Assembly: GCA_039621445.1 (NCBI GenBank)
Contig: CP154954.1
Location: forward strand, 1,736,001-1,800,000
Direction of reading: 5' to 3'
Source of the DNA: Euglena gracilis
Taxonomy: Eukaryota
Length of the DNA stretch: 64,000 bases
Part shown: in pieces, positions 1 through 11,067 of the stretch
How positions within the stretch are numbered: position 1 is the first letter of the stretch
Layout: every line of letters begins with the position of its first letter
Notes under the pieces: model-generated
Database searches by the model: none
What the model was told of the DNA's origin: nothing
What the model saw: the letters and a program-made list of their open reading frames with translations, nothing else
Program-made: the position numbers and the translations under genes

Positions 1-352
1 CATGATTTATTAGTTGTTTTGCAGCCATTATTGTAGGTGCAAAACCTATTCGATGTACAATATTATCTAATCTCATTTCCAAAAAAGTTAGCAAAAATCT
101 TCCGGATGATCCTTTTTTTTTCCTAGATTTTTTTACATAATTTAGAAGTTGTCTTTCGGTTATTCCGTAGTTAAATCGCAGTTTTTGTTTTTCTTTTAAT
201 CTTATGTTATATTTTGATATTTTTTTTTTCCTTTTAAAGGATGTTGCTGGTTGCCCTGGGGATTTTCTTTTCTTTGATGTTTTATTTGTAAGACTTGGAA
301 GTTTTCCTATTCTACGAACTATTCGCAATCGTGGTCCTCTATATCTTGACAT
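1..352 (-). CDS. rps4: ribosomal protein S4, 5' part only (inverted duplicate copy, truncated by window start)
   Basis: Reverse complement of 9262-9613; ATG at 352 reads [11 protein letters not shown]... Confidence 0.93.
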   Translation of the reverse strand, partial: MSRYRGPRLRIVRRIGKLPSLTNKTSKKRKSPGQPATSFKRKKKISKYNIRLKEKQKLRFNYGITERQLLNYVKKSRKKKGSSGRFLLTFLEMRLDNIVHRIGFAPTIMAAKQLINH

Positions 353-428
353 AGTTTTATCTATATTTTTTTTGATCTTAAATAACTTTTTCTATGTTAA
401 TTGTTTTTGTTGTTTAACATCTAATTGC

Positions 429-510
429 GAGTTGTTGCCCGAGTGGTTAATGGGGGCGGATTGTAAATCCGCTAGTTCATCTTTCGCTGGTTCGAATCCA
501 GCACGACTCA
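429..510 (+). tRNA. trnY: tRNA-Tyr(GUA)
   Basis: Acceptor GAGTTGT/ACGACTC, anticodon arm GCGGA-TTGTAAA-TCCGC, T-loop GGTTCGAATCC, long variable arm. Confidence 0.95.
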
Positions 511-574
511 AAATATTTTTATATTTAATCAGACAGTTTTCGAGTTATAATAAATTTTTATTATATTTTTTATA

Positions 575-649
575 GGTGGGTGTGTAGCCAAGTGGTAAGG
601 CAAAGGACTGTGACTCCTTCATTCGCGGGTTCGATCCCCGTCATTCACC
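575..649 (+). tRNA. trnH: tRNA-His(GUG)
   Basis: Anticodon loop CTGTGAC, T-loop GGTTCGATCC; carries an extra TG relative to the mirror copy at 8967-9039. Confidence 0.92.
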
Positions 650-664
650 ATCTATTAATTTTTA

Positions 665-736
665 GGCTCAGTAGCTCAGAGGTAGAGCAGGGGATTCATA
701 AGCCCTTGGTCACAGGTTCAAATCTTGTCTGAGCCA
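665..736 (+). tRNA. trnM: tRNA-Met(CAU)
   Basis: Acceptor GGCTCAG/CTGAGCC, anticodon loop TTCATAA, T-loop GGTTCAAATC. Confidence 0.93.
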
Positions 737-740
737 AACT

Positions 741-813
741 GCGCTTTTAGTTCAATTGGTAGAACGTAGGTCTCCAAAACCTGATGTAGTAGGTTCGAAT
801 CCTACAGAGCGCG
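741..813 (+). tRNA. trnW: tRNA-Trp(CCA)
   Basis: Acceptor GCGCTTT/AGAGCGC, anticodon loop CTCCAAA, GGTTCGAATCC. Confidence 0.95.
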
Positions 814-840
814 TTTATTTTTTTTCTTTATCTTAAATTT

Positions 841-913
841 GCCCCCATCGTCTAGAGGCCTAGGACATCTCCCTTTCACGGAGGCAACGGGGATTCGAAT
901 TCCCCTGGGGGTA
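841..913 (+). tRNA. trnE: tRNA-Glu(UUC)
   Basis: Typical plastid trnE GCCCCCATCGTCTAG..., anticodon loop CTTTCAC. Confidence 0.95.
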
Positions 914-919
914 ATTTAT

Positions 920-992
920 GCGGGTATAGCTCAGTTGGTAGAGCGTGGTCCTTCCAAGTCCAATGTCGCGTGTTCGAATCACGTTACCCGCT
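920..992 (+). tRNA. trnG: tRNA-Gly(UCC)
   Basis: Acceptor GCGGGTA/TACCCGC, anticodon loop CTTCCAA. Confidence 0.95.
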
Positions 993-1052
993 TTTAACTT
1001 TTTGTCTTTATAGAAAGTTAATTTTTAATTTTTATGATATTTTTAATATACT

Positions 1053-4000
1053 ATGGGATGTGCGATTCGTAAAATTTGGATCTTATTTTTAAAAAAATTT
1101 TTTGTCCATGTAAATTAAATTTTTACTCTTAATTTTCCGATATTTTAGTAGTTTAGTTTTTATTATCGAAAGAATTTTTTTATCTTTAAATTTTCTTATG
1201 TTTATAAAGAAAAATAATTTGGAACTTTAGTAGGAAATGTTTATACGATCATTTTGTAGTTTTTGTTATTTGTTTCCATGTTTTATTAAAAAATAATTTA
1301 TTTATTCCTCTAATTTATTTTTGTTATTAATAAATGAATGATCATTTCATTAAAAGAATAATAAAGCGGATAAAAAAAACGAAAAATATATATTAAATTT
1401 TATAAGGATGATTTTTTAATCAGAATTATATCTAAGTTATTTTAAGTATTTTTTGCGTTTTCTAATCTTTTAAGATTATATAATTGAGTAGCCGTATGTT
1501 ATTGAATTAACAAGTACGGTTTCGGATAAAAAACTTTTTAATTATTAAAGTTGATTTTACCTGCCTTGGTATCGTGTTGTGATTTTTAGTTTTTTACTTA
1601 TAAATGATATTTATAGTTTTAAAAATTTCCTTATAGTTTATTTTTTGATTTTTTAATAAAATTTTTAAAAATATTTGTTTTACATACTGTTGTTCTTAAT
1701 GATCCAGGTCGTTTGATTTCTGTTCATTTAATGCATACTGCATTAGTTTCAGGATGGGCTGGATCTATGGCCTTATATGAACTTGCTATTTTTGATCCTT
1801 CTGATGTTGCGCTAAATCCTATGTGGCGCCAAGGAATGTTTGTTCTTCCTTTTATGACACGTTTAGGGGTAACAAAATCTTGGGGTGCTTGGAGTGTTAC
1901 AGGGGAATCTTTTTCGGATCCAGGAATTTGGAGTTACGAAGGTGTAGCGGTAGCACATATAATTTTATCGGGTCTTTTATTTTTAGCTGCTATTTGGCAT
2001 TGGGTTTATTGGGACCTTGATTTATTTCGTGATCCAGCTAGTGGTGAGTTAAAGTTAGATTTACCTAGAGTATTTGGAGTTCATTTATTCTTGTCTGGAG
2101 CATTATGTTTAGCTTTTGGAGTTTTCCATGTTACGGGTGTTTTTGGTCCTGGTATTTGGGTTTCTGATCCTTATGGTTTAAGTGGGAGTGCGATTCGTTT
2201 TTAATGTTCTTTTAATAATTTTATATCGTTAAGAGATTTTTTATGAAATTTTTGTTCAATTAGGTGAAAAACCTTTTATTTTATTGAAATTATTGCGTTA
2301 TCAATAAGAACGATAACTTATTTAATTTTTTAACTGTAAAAAATTAACGATTTTTGGATAGATAATCTAAATATTGGCTATGCCATAGTTATATATTTTC
2401 TAATTAAATTTTGTATAATTTTTAATTTTTCTTCTAATAAGATTAATTTTTTAGCAAAATTGTGGATAAGTGTGTCCTCAAGAATTTCATTTAGCAACAA
2501 AAAGCAACGAAATAATTTAGTTTCTATCTTTGACATTTTTTGATATGTCTATTTTTAACTTTTTTAGAGGGGATGATTTAAACGGAAAAATTTTTTATTA
2601 ATTTTTATTGACTTAAATCACACTTATAAAAGTATCAAAATTATATTTTGATATATAAGTATTTGTTAAAATACAAGTACTTTATAAGTGAGTAGTTAAA
2701 TGATTTAAAAATTTCATATTTAATTTCGGATGAAAGATTTTTAATCTATTCTTGCAAATTGAACCTGTTATTCCTTCTTGGGGTGCTGAAGGTTTTGATC
2801 CGTATAATGTAGGTGGAATTGCTTCTTTGCGAGTTGTAAAAGTTCATACTTATGAGTTAAAAGTTTTTAACTTTTTCTTACTTTAATACCTTTTATTCAA
2901 TTTTTAATTTTTAGTAATAAAAAGCCAGGTAGATTTTTTTACTAAATAGCCATTTTTGTTTTAGGTTAGTTATATTTTTTGCAATAATATTTGCAGTTTA
3001 TTAATATTCTTGATAAAAACTTTTTTTACAGTTTTGTGAGAGTTTGGCTGTTAAAGAAGCATAAAATTTATTTTATTTTATTTTGTTATTGTAATTTTTA
3101 TTTTTTGTGTATGAAAATAATAACTAATTAATTGTATTTTTTTCCAAAATTTTTTTTTACACTTTGATTCGAAATTTTTTCCTAAGTTTAGTATTTACGA
3201 ATATTTTGTAAAAAAAGTTGAGTTAAAGATTTAAAAATAACTTATTTGTTTAGGTATTTTTAAATCTTTAAAATTTGTCCTAAATTTAGTATTAGGAAAA
3301 ATTGATTAATAATTTTATTATTAATTAAAGCCGTGTGCATTTTTATTTTGCATGCACGGTTTTTTTGAGGAAATATAATAATTTATTTTCTATCAAGGCA
3401 TCATATTGCTGCAGGTCTTTTAGGACTTATTGCTGGTGGATTTCATGTTTTAGTTCGCCCTTCTCAACGCTTGTTTGTACTTTTACGTATGGGGAATATT
3501 GAAACTGTTCTTTCTAGTAGTATAGCTGCGGTTTTTTGGTCTGCATTTGTTGTTTCAGGCACTATGTGGTACGGTTCTGCTTCTACACCTATTGAGCTAT
3601 TTGGTCCTACTCGATACCAATGGGATAAAGGTTATTTTCAGGAAGAAATAGAAAGACGTGTTCAAGCTAGTTTATCTGATGGTTGTTCTTTGTCAGAAGC
3701 TTGGGGTGCTATTTCGCCTAAGTTAGCTTTTTATGATTATATTGGGAATAATCCAGCAAAAGGTGGATTATTTCGTTCTGGTCCTATGAATAATGGTGAT
3801 GGTATAGCGACTGCATGGTTAGGTCATGCAGTATTTATTGATAAGGAAGGTAATTCATTGTTTGTTCGTCGTATGCCTACTTTTTTTGAAACGTTTCCAG
3901 TAATATTATTAGATCAAAATGGTGTTGTTCGTGCCGATATTCCGTTTCGTCGTGCTGAGTCTAAATATAGTATTGAACAAGTAGGCGTTACTGTTCGTTT

Positions 4001-4323
4001 CTTCGGTGGTAGTTTCGATACTTTAAGTTTTAATGATCCTGCTACTGTGAAAAGATATGCACGACGTGCTCAGCTTGGAGAAATTTTTGACTTTAATCGT
4101 TCTATTTTACAGTCTGATGGTGTTTTTAGAAGTAGTCCAAGAGGCTGGTTTACTTTTGGTCATTTGTCTTTTGCTTTAATTTTCTTTTTTGGGCATATTT
4201 GGCATGGGGCAAGAACTTTATTTAAATATTTGCTTGCTGGTATTGACCCTGATTTGGAGGAAGAGATTGAATTTGGTACTTTTGAAAAATTAGGTGATGA
4301 TACAACTAAGAGAATTAGTTTAA
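1053..4323 (+). CDS. psbB: photosystem II CP47 apoprotein, 5 exons (approx. 1053-1059, 1562-1576, 1681-2187, 2756-2826, 3399-4323)
   Basis: Spliced exons give [30 protein letters not shown]...; introns begin GTGCG/TTGTG/GTGCG/TTGCG; a 2-nt deletion near 4311 garbles the last codons relative to the copy at 41050-41613. Confidence 0.95.
1060..1561 (+). mobile_element. group II intron (psbB intron 1)
   Basis: 5' GTGCG; domain V-like AGCCGTATGTT...AGTACGGTTT at ~1490-1522; interrupts the Leu3 codon. Confidence 0.88.
1577..1680 (+). mobile_element. group III intron (psbB intron 2), 104 nt
   Basis: NUNNG start (TTGTG), ~100 nt, very U-rich, removal restores YRV-HTV. Confidence 0.88.
2188..2755 (+). 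mobile_element. group II intron (psbB intron 3)
   Basis: 5' GTGCG; removal restores LSG-KIEP. Confidence 0.85.
2827..3398 (+). mobile_element. group II intron (psbB intron 4)
   Basis: 5' TTGCG; domain V AGCCGTGTGCA...TGCATGCACGGTT at ~3329-3362; removal restores IAS-HHI. Confidence 0.88.
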
Positions 4324-5307
4324 TTATTTAATTAGTAAATTTGTTTTAGGAAATGTGAAAGTTGTGTAAATTTTTTATTTTTTATGAAGACTTTAGTTTA
4401 ACATTCTGTGTGCTAAGTTGTATTCTTTTTACAAAAGAAAAAATAAAAACAGCCAGTGTATATTTATTTTTTTGATAGATAGGAAAAAAAAAATAAAAGT
4501 GCAAAATGATATGGAAGAGATGAATACCTGGAAAAAATGAAAAAAACTAAAAAGAAAATTAGTAAAGCAGTAAAAGGAAACAAAGTATAAAAAAGTGCGG
4601 GAAAAATTAAATACAATAAAAAAAAATAAAATTTTTTAAATTTATTATATTCTATAAATTCTTTTTATTACAAAACTTATAAATTTTTTAATACTTTAAT
4701 TTAATAAAATAACTAATAATTATATAGATTTTAATATATATAATTATAAATTAATTATTTTTTATTTCTTTTTTCACATTTATTTTTTATTATTTTTTTT
4801 TTTGTTTTTATTTTTTATTATTTTTTGTTTTTTTTTCTTTTTATTTCTTTTAAAAAAATAAGAAATTATTTATTTTTATTTTTTTTTTATTTTTGTTATA
4901 TTGTTTTTTTTGAAATTATAAATACTGTTATTTTTTTAAATTTTTTTATTTATTTTTGTGTAAATTATTCTGTATTCTTTTCCTTAAAAATTTAAATTTG
5001 TCATAAAATTTAGTTTTATTTTTTATAATTTTTTTTTTTCCAATATTTTATTTTTTTTCTAATTTTTTATTTTTTTCTTTTTTTGCGTTTATTTTTGTCC
5101 TTTCTATTTTATCTTTTTAGTTTTTTGTTTCATATATTTATTGTTATGTTTTCGTTTTTTAATTTTTGTTTTTACTTGTTTTTCCTTTTTTTTATTTCTT
5201 TTTTAGTGTTGTCTCTTTTCTTCTTTACTTTACCCTTTTTTATTTTTTTTTCCTTTGCAACTTTCTCTTTTCTTTTCTGTTTTTCTTTTTTTTTTTTTTT
5301 TTTTTTC

Positions 5308-8300
5308 AGTTGTATCATCACCTAATTTTTCAAACGTACCAAATTCAATCTCTTCCTCCAAATCAGGGTCAATACCAGCAAGCAAATATTTAAATAAAGT
5401 TCTTGCCCCATGCCAAATATGCCCAAAAAAGAAAATTAAAGCAAAAGACAAATGACCAAAAGTAAACCAGCCTCTTGGACTACTTCTAAAAACACCATCA
5501 GACTGTAAAATAGAACGATTAAAGTCAAAAATTTCTCCAAGCTGAGCACGTCGTGCATATCTTTTCACAGTAGCAGGATCATTAAAACTTAAAGTATCGA
5601 AACTACCACCGAAGAAACGAACAGTAACGCCTACTTGTTCAATACTATATTTAGACTCAGCACGACGAAACGGAATATCGGCACGAACAACACCATTTTG
5701 ATCTAATAATATTACTGGAAACGTTTCAAAAAAAGTAGGCATACGACGAACAAACAATGAATTACCTTCCTTATCAATAAATACTGCATGACCTAACCAT
5801 GCAGTCGCTATACCATCACCATTATTCATAGGACCAGAACGAAATAATCCACCTTTTGCTGGATTATTCCCAATATAATCATAAAAAGCTAACTTAGGCG
5901 AAATAGCACCCCAAGCTTCTGACAAAGAACAACCATCAGATAAACTAGCTTGAACACGTCTTTCTATTTCTTCCTGAAAATAACCTTTATCCCATTGGTA
6001 TCGAGTAGGACCAAATAGCTCAATAGGTGTAGAAGCAGAACCGTACCACATAGTGCCTGAAACAACAAATGCAGACCAAAAAACCGCAGCTATACTACTA
6101 GAAAGAACAGTTTCAATATTCCCCATACGTAAAAGTACAAACAAGCGTTGAGAAGGGCGAACTAAAACATGAAATCCACCAGCAATAAGTCCTAAAAGAC
6201 CTGCAGCAATATGATGCCTTGATAGAAAATAAATTATTATATTTCCTCAAAAAAACCGTGCATGCAAAATAAAAATGCACACGGCTTTAATTAATAAACC
6301 AAATTACTAATCAAATATTCCTAATACTATATTTAACACAAATTTTACAAATAGAAAAATACCTAAACAAATAAGTTATTTTTAAATCTTTAACTCAACT
6401 TTTTTTACAAAATATTCGTAAATACTAAACTTAGGAAAAAATTTCGAATCAAAGTGTAAAAAAAAATTTTGGAAAAAAATACAATTAATTAGTTATTATT
6501 TTCATACACAAAAAATAAAAATTACAATAACAAAATAAAATAAAATAAATTTTATGCTTCTTTAACAGCCAAACTCTCACAAAACTGTAAAAAAAGTTTT
6601 TATCAAGAATATTAATAAACTGCAAATATTATTGCAAAAAATATAACTAACCTAAAACAAAAATGGCTATTTAGTAAAAAAATCTACCTGGCTTTTTATT
6701 ACTAAAAATTAAAAATTGAATAAAAGGTATTAAAGTAAGAAAAAGTTAAAAACTTTTAACTCATAAGTATGAACTTTTACAACTCGCAAAGAAGCAATTC
6801 CACCTACATTATACGGATCAAAACCTTCAGCACCCCAAGAAGGAATAACAGGTTCAATTTGCAAGAATAGATTAAAAATCTTTCATCCGAAATTAAATAT
6901 GAAATTTTTAAATCATTTAACTACTCACTTATAAAGTACTTGTATTTTAACAAATACTTATATATCAAAATATAATTTTGATACTTTTATAAGTGTGATT
7001 TAAGTCAATAAAAATTAATAAAAAATTTTTCCGTTTAAATCATCCCCTCTAAAAAAGTTAAAAATAGACATATCAAAAAATGTCAAAGATAGAAACTAAA
7101 TTATTTCGTTGCTTTTTGTTGCTAAATGAAATTCTTGAGGACACACTTATCCACAATTTTGCTAAAAAATTAATCTTATTAGAAGAAAAATTAAAAATTA
7201 TACAAAATTTAATTAGAAAATATATAACTATGGCATAGCCAATATTTAGATTATCTATCCAAAAATCGTTAATTTTTTACAGTTAAAAAATTAAATAAGT
7301 TATCGTTCTTATTGATAACGCAATAATTTCAATAAAATAAAAGGTTTTTCACCTAATTGAACAAAAATTTCATAAAAAATCTCTTAACGATATAAAATTA
7401 TTAAAAGAACATTAAAAACGAATCGCACTCCCACTTAAACCATAAGGATCAGAAACCCAAATACCAGGACCAAAAACACCCGTAACATGGAAAACTCCAA
7501 AAGCTAAACATAATGCTCCAGACAAGAATAAATGAACTCCAAATACTCTAGGTAAATCTAACTTTAACTCACCACTAGCTGGATCACGAAATAAATCAAG
7601 GTCCCAATAAACCCAATGCCAAATAGCAGCTAAAAATAAAAGACCCGATAAAATTATATGTGCTACCGCTACACCTTCGTAACTCCAAATTCCTGGATCC
7701 GAAAAAGATTCCCCTGTAACACTCCAAGCACCCCAAGATTTTGTTACCCCTAAACGTGTCATAAAAGGAAGAACAAACATTCCTTGGCGCCACATAGGAT
7801 TTAGCGCAACATCAGAAGGATCAAAAATAGCAAGTTCATATAAGGCCATAGATCCAGCCCATCCTGAAACTAATGCAGTATGCATTAAATGAACAGAAAT
7901 CAAACGACCTGGATCATTAAGAACAACAGTATGTAAAACAAATATTTTTAAAAATTTTATTAAAAAATCAAAAAATAAACTATAAGGAAATTTTTAAAAC
8001 TATAAATATCATTTATAAGTAAAAAACTAAAAATCACAACACGATACCAAGGCAGGTAAAATCAACTTTAATAATTAAAAAGTTTTTTATCCGAAACCGT
8101 ACTTGTTAATTCAATAACATACGGCTACTCAATTATATAATCTTAAAAGATTAGAAAACGCAAAAAATACTTAAAATAACTTAGATATAATTCTGATTAA
8201 AAAATCATCCTTATAAAATTTAATATATATTTTTCGTTTTTTTTATCCGCTTTATTATTCTTTTAATGAAATGATCATTCATTTATTAATAACAAAAATA

Positions 8301-8563
8301 AATTAGAGGAATAAATAAATTATTTTTTAATAAAACATGGAAACAAATAACAAAAACTACAAAATGATCGTATAAACATTTCCTACTAAAGTTCCAAATT
8401 ATTTTTCTTTATAAACATAAGAAAATTTAAAGATAAAAAAATTCTTTCGATAATAAAAACTAAACTACTAAAATATCGGAAAATTAAGAGTAAAAATTTA
8501 ATTTACATGGACAAAAAATTTTTTTAAAAATAAGATCCAAATTTTACGAATCGCACATCCCAT
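5308..8563 (-). CDS. psbB: psbB, inverted copy (same 4 introns), last ~5 codons lost in the garbled palindrome centre
   Basis: ORFs 7412-7903 and 5230-6144 match the + copy; ATG at 8563. Confidence 0.93.
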
Positions 8564-8623
8564 AGTATATTAAAAATATCATAAAAATTAAAAATTAACT
8601 TTCTATAAAGACAAAAAGTTAAA

Positions 8624-8696
8624 AGCGGGTAACGTGATTCGAACACGCGACATTGGACTTGGAAGGACCACGCTCTACCAACTGAGCTATACCCGC
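8624..8696 (-). tRNA. trnG: tRNA-Gly(UCC)
   Basis: Reverse complement of 920-992. Confidence 0.95.
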
Positions 8697-8702
8697 ATAA
8701 AT

Positions 8703-8775
8703 TACCCCCAGGGGAATTCGAATCCCCGTTGCCTCCGTGAAAGGGAGATGTCCTAGGCCTCTAGACGATGGGGGC
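8703..8775 (-). tRNA. trnE: tRNA-Glu(UUC)
   Basis: Reverse complement of 841-913. Confidence 0.95.
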
Positions 8776-8802
8776 AAATTTAAGATAAAGAAAAAAAATA
8801 AA

Positions 8803-8875
8803 CGCGCTCTGTAGGATTCGAACCTACTACATCAGGTTTTGGAGACCTACGTTCTACCAATTGAACTAAAAGCGC
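8803..8875 (-). tRNA. trnW: tRNA-Trp(CCA)
   Basis: Reverse complement of 741-813. Confidence 0.95.
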
Positions 8876-8879
8876 AGTT

Positions 8880-8951
8880 TGGCTCAGACAAGATTTGAAC
8901 CTGTGACCAAGGGCTTATGAATCCCCTGCTCTACCTCTGAGCTACTGAGCC
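8880..8951 (-). tRNA. trnM: tRNA-Met(CAU)
   Basis: Reverse complement of 665-736. Confidence 0.93.
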
Positions 8952-8966
8952 TAAAAATTAATAGAT

Positions 8967-9039
8967 GGTGAATGACGGGGATCGAACCCGCGAATGAAGG
9001 AGTCACAGTCCTTTGCCTTACCACTTGGCTACACCCACC
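8967..9039 (-). tRNA. trnH: tRNA-His(GUG)
   Basis: Canonical-length copy of 575-649 (G-1, GTGGGTG/CATTCAC). Confidence 0.95.
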
Positions 9040-9103
9040 TATAAAAAATATAATAAAAATTTATTATAACTCGAAAACTGTCTGATTAAATATAAAAATA
9101 TTT

Positions 9104-9185
9104 TGAGTCGTGCTGGATTCGAACCAGCGAAAGATGAACTAGCGGATTTACAATCCGCCCCCATTAACCACTCGGGCAACAACTC
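9104..9185 (-). tRNA. trnY: tRNA-Tyr(GUA)
   Basis: Reverse complement of 429-510. Confidence 0.95.
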
Positions 9186-9261
9186 GCAATTAGATGTTAA
9201 ACAACAAAAACAATTAACATAGAAAAAGTTATTTAAGATCAAAAAAAATATAGATAAAACT

Positions 9262-9879
9262 ATGTCAAGATATAGAGGACCACGATTGCGAATAGTTCGT
9301 AGAATAGGAAAACTTCCAAGTCTTACAAATAAAACATCAAAGAAAAGAAAATCCCCAGGGCAACCAGCAACATCCTTTAAAAGGAAAAAAAAAATATCAA
9401 AATATAACATAAGATTAAAAGAAAAACAAAAACTGCGATTTAACTACGGAATAACCGAAAGACAACTTCTAAATTATGTAAAAAAATCTAGGAAAAAAAA
9501 AGGATCATCCGGAAGATTTTTGCTAACTTTTTTGGAAATGAGATTAGATAATATTGTACATCGAATAGGTTTTGCACCTACAATAATGGCTGCAAAACAA
9601 CTAATAAATCATGGTCACATTTGTGTAGATGACAAAGTTATCAATATACCTAGTTTTATTTGCCAACCAAAAAGTATTATAAAACCTAAAAAAAGTACTG
9701 TATCAGAAAATGTCATACAAAAAAACATAGAATCTAAAGAATTACTATTAATACCACCACATTTATCTCTTAACAAAAAAAACTTAGAAGCAAAAATTAT
9801 TGGTTTAATCAATAGAAAAGCGATATCGTTAATAGTTAATGAACTTTTAGTAATCGAATTCTATTCACGCAAGGTCTAA
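9262..9879 (+). CDS. rps4: 30S ribosomal protein S4
   Basis: 205 aa; MSRYRGPR..., [32 protein letters not shown] are S4 signatures. Confidence 0.98.
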   Translation: MSRYRGPRLRIVRRIGKLPSLTNKTSKKRKSPGQPATSFKRKKKISKYNIRLKEKQKLRFNYGITERQLLNYVKKSRKKKGSSGRFLLTFLEMRLDNIVHRIGFAPTIMAAKQLINHGHICVDDKVINIPSFICQPKSIIKPKKSTVSENVIQKNIESKELLLIPPHLSLNKKNLEAKIIGLINRKAISLIVNELLVIEFYSRKV

Positions 9880-10002
9880 TTATAAATTAATTTATAGGGA
9901 AAATTGTGAATAATATAAAAAATGAAATAAATATTAAAAACTCAAGGAAATCATGCTTTTTGCAAATTTTGTTCTTAAAAAGAAATATTTATTTATAAAA
10001 AA

Positions 10003-10599
10003 ATGATAAAACAAAAAAAAAAAATAATCAAAATAACAAAAAAAAAATTTCCAAAAGGAATTGTCCATATTATGGGATTAAACTTACATGCAATCAAAAA
10101 TTAATAGTATATAATGTAATATAAAGTTATTATAATTTTTATCTTTAAAAAAAAGCATTTAAAAATCAATATCTTAAAAAAACAACTTATAATAATGAAG
10201 CGATTTAATATTAAAAAAATTATACAAAAAATCATCACAATAAAACTAAAAAAAATTTTCCTTTATATTAAATAATAAAAAATACATCTAATTAAATTCT
10301 TAGTTTCGGTAAGTGATCCAAAAGGAAATGTAATCGCTTGGTCATCTTCAGGAGCATGCGGTTTTAAAAGCTCGAAAAAGGCTACACCGTTAGCTACAAA
10401 GACAACTACTGCAATTGCCGTTAAGAAAGCTATAGAACAAGGACTTCAAAAAGTTGAGATAAACATTAGTGGACCTGGAACCGGACGAGAAACAGCTTTA
10501 AAATGCGTACAAAGTTTAGGTCTACGCATAAGTTGCATAAGAGATGTCACTCCCTTACCACATAATGGATGTCGACCTAGCAAGAGACGTAGAATATAA
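10003..10599 (+). CDS. rps11: 30S ribosomal protein S11 with two group III introns (approx. 10072-10178 and 10197-10296)
   Basis: Exons read ...PKGIVHI / KTTYNN / FLVSVSDPKGNVIAWSSSGACGFK...IRDVTPLPHNGCRPSKRRRI*; intron borders approximate. Confidence 0.92.
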
Positions 10600-10670
10600 A
10601 ATAACAAAATTTATTTAACACGTTTTAAAATAAATAAAAAACAATATTAACATTTATTAATATTGATAAA

Positions 10671-10754
10671 GCAGGCATGGCGGAATTTGGTAGACGCGCA
10701 GGATTTAGGTTCCTGTGTCTTTATGATGTGAGAGTTCGAGTCTCTCTGCCTGTA
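10671..10754 (+). tRNA. trnL: tRNA-Leu(UAG)
   Basis: GCAGGCA/TGCCTGT acceptor, CAGGA-TTTAGGT-TCCTG anticodon arm, long variable arm. Confidence 0.95.
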
Positions 10755-10799
10755 TTAAAAATTAAATGATCATAAAAAATAACGAAATTACTAATCAAT

Positions 10800-10873
10800 C
10801 GGGCAAGAAGGGATTCGAACCCCTGACTCCGTAGTTCGTAGCCACGTGCTCTAGTCCACTGAGCTACAAGCCC
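10800..10873 (-). tRNA. trnR: tRNA-Arg(ACG)
   Basis: Minus strand GGGCTTGTAGCTCAG...CTACGAA...GGTTCGAATCC. Confidence 0.95.
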
Positions 10874-10876
10874 TTA

Positions 10877-10948
10877 CTCCTTAAGTAGGATTCGAACCTA
10901 CGACCGATCGGTTAACAGCCGATTGCTCTACCACTGAGCTATTAAGGA
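10877..10948 (-). tRNA. trnN: tRNA-Asn(GUU)
   Basis: Minus strand TCCTTAATAGCTCAG...CTGTTAA...GGTTCGAATCC. Confidence 0.95.
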
Positions 10949-10964
10949 TAAAGTAAATAACCTT

Positions 10965-11037
10965 TGAGGGCAAACGGATTCGAACCGCTGACATTCTGCT
11001 TGTAAGGCAGACGCTCTACCAACTGAGCTATACCCCC
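10965..11037 (-). tRNA. trnV: tRNA-Val(UAC)
   Basis: Minus strand GGGGGTATAGCTCAG...CTTACAA...GGTTCGAATCC. Confidence 0.95.
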
Positions 11038-11067
11038 AGTTACTCAAATTATAGTAAATTTTGCTAA

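Larger units (their letters stand above)
1..9613. repeat. large fold-back inverted duplication no. 1 (arms ~1-4310 and ~5308-9613, garbled centre)
   Basis: Mirror coordinates sum to ~9614-9616; rps4 5', six tRNAs and psbB are present in both orientations. Confidence 0.95.

Noticed and set aside
204-575. 123-aa ORF (and its mirror at 9039-9410)
   Set aside because: It is antisense to rps4 and runs through trnY; a shadow ORF.
5083-5455. Phe-rich ORFs and the Lys-rich C-terminal extension of the minus psbB copy
   Set aside because: They arise from T-rich garbled sequence at the palindrome centre.
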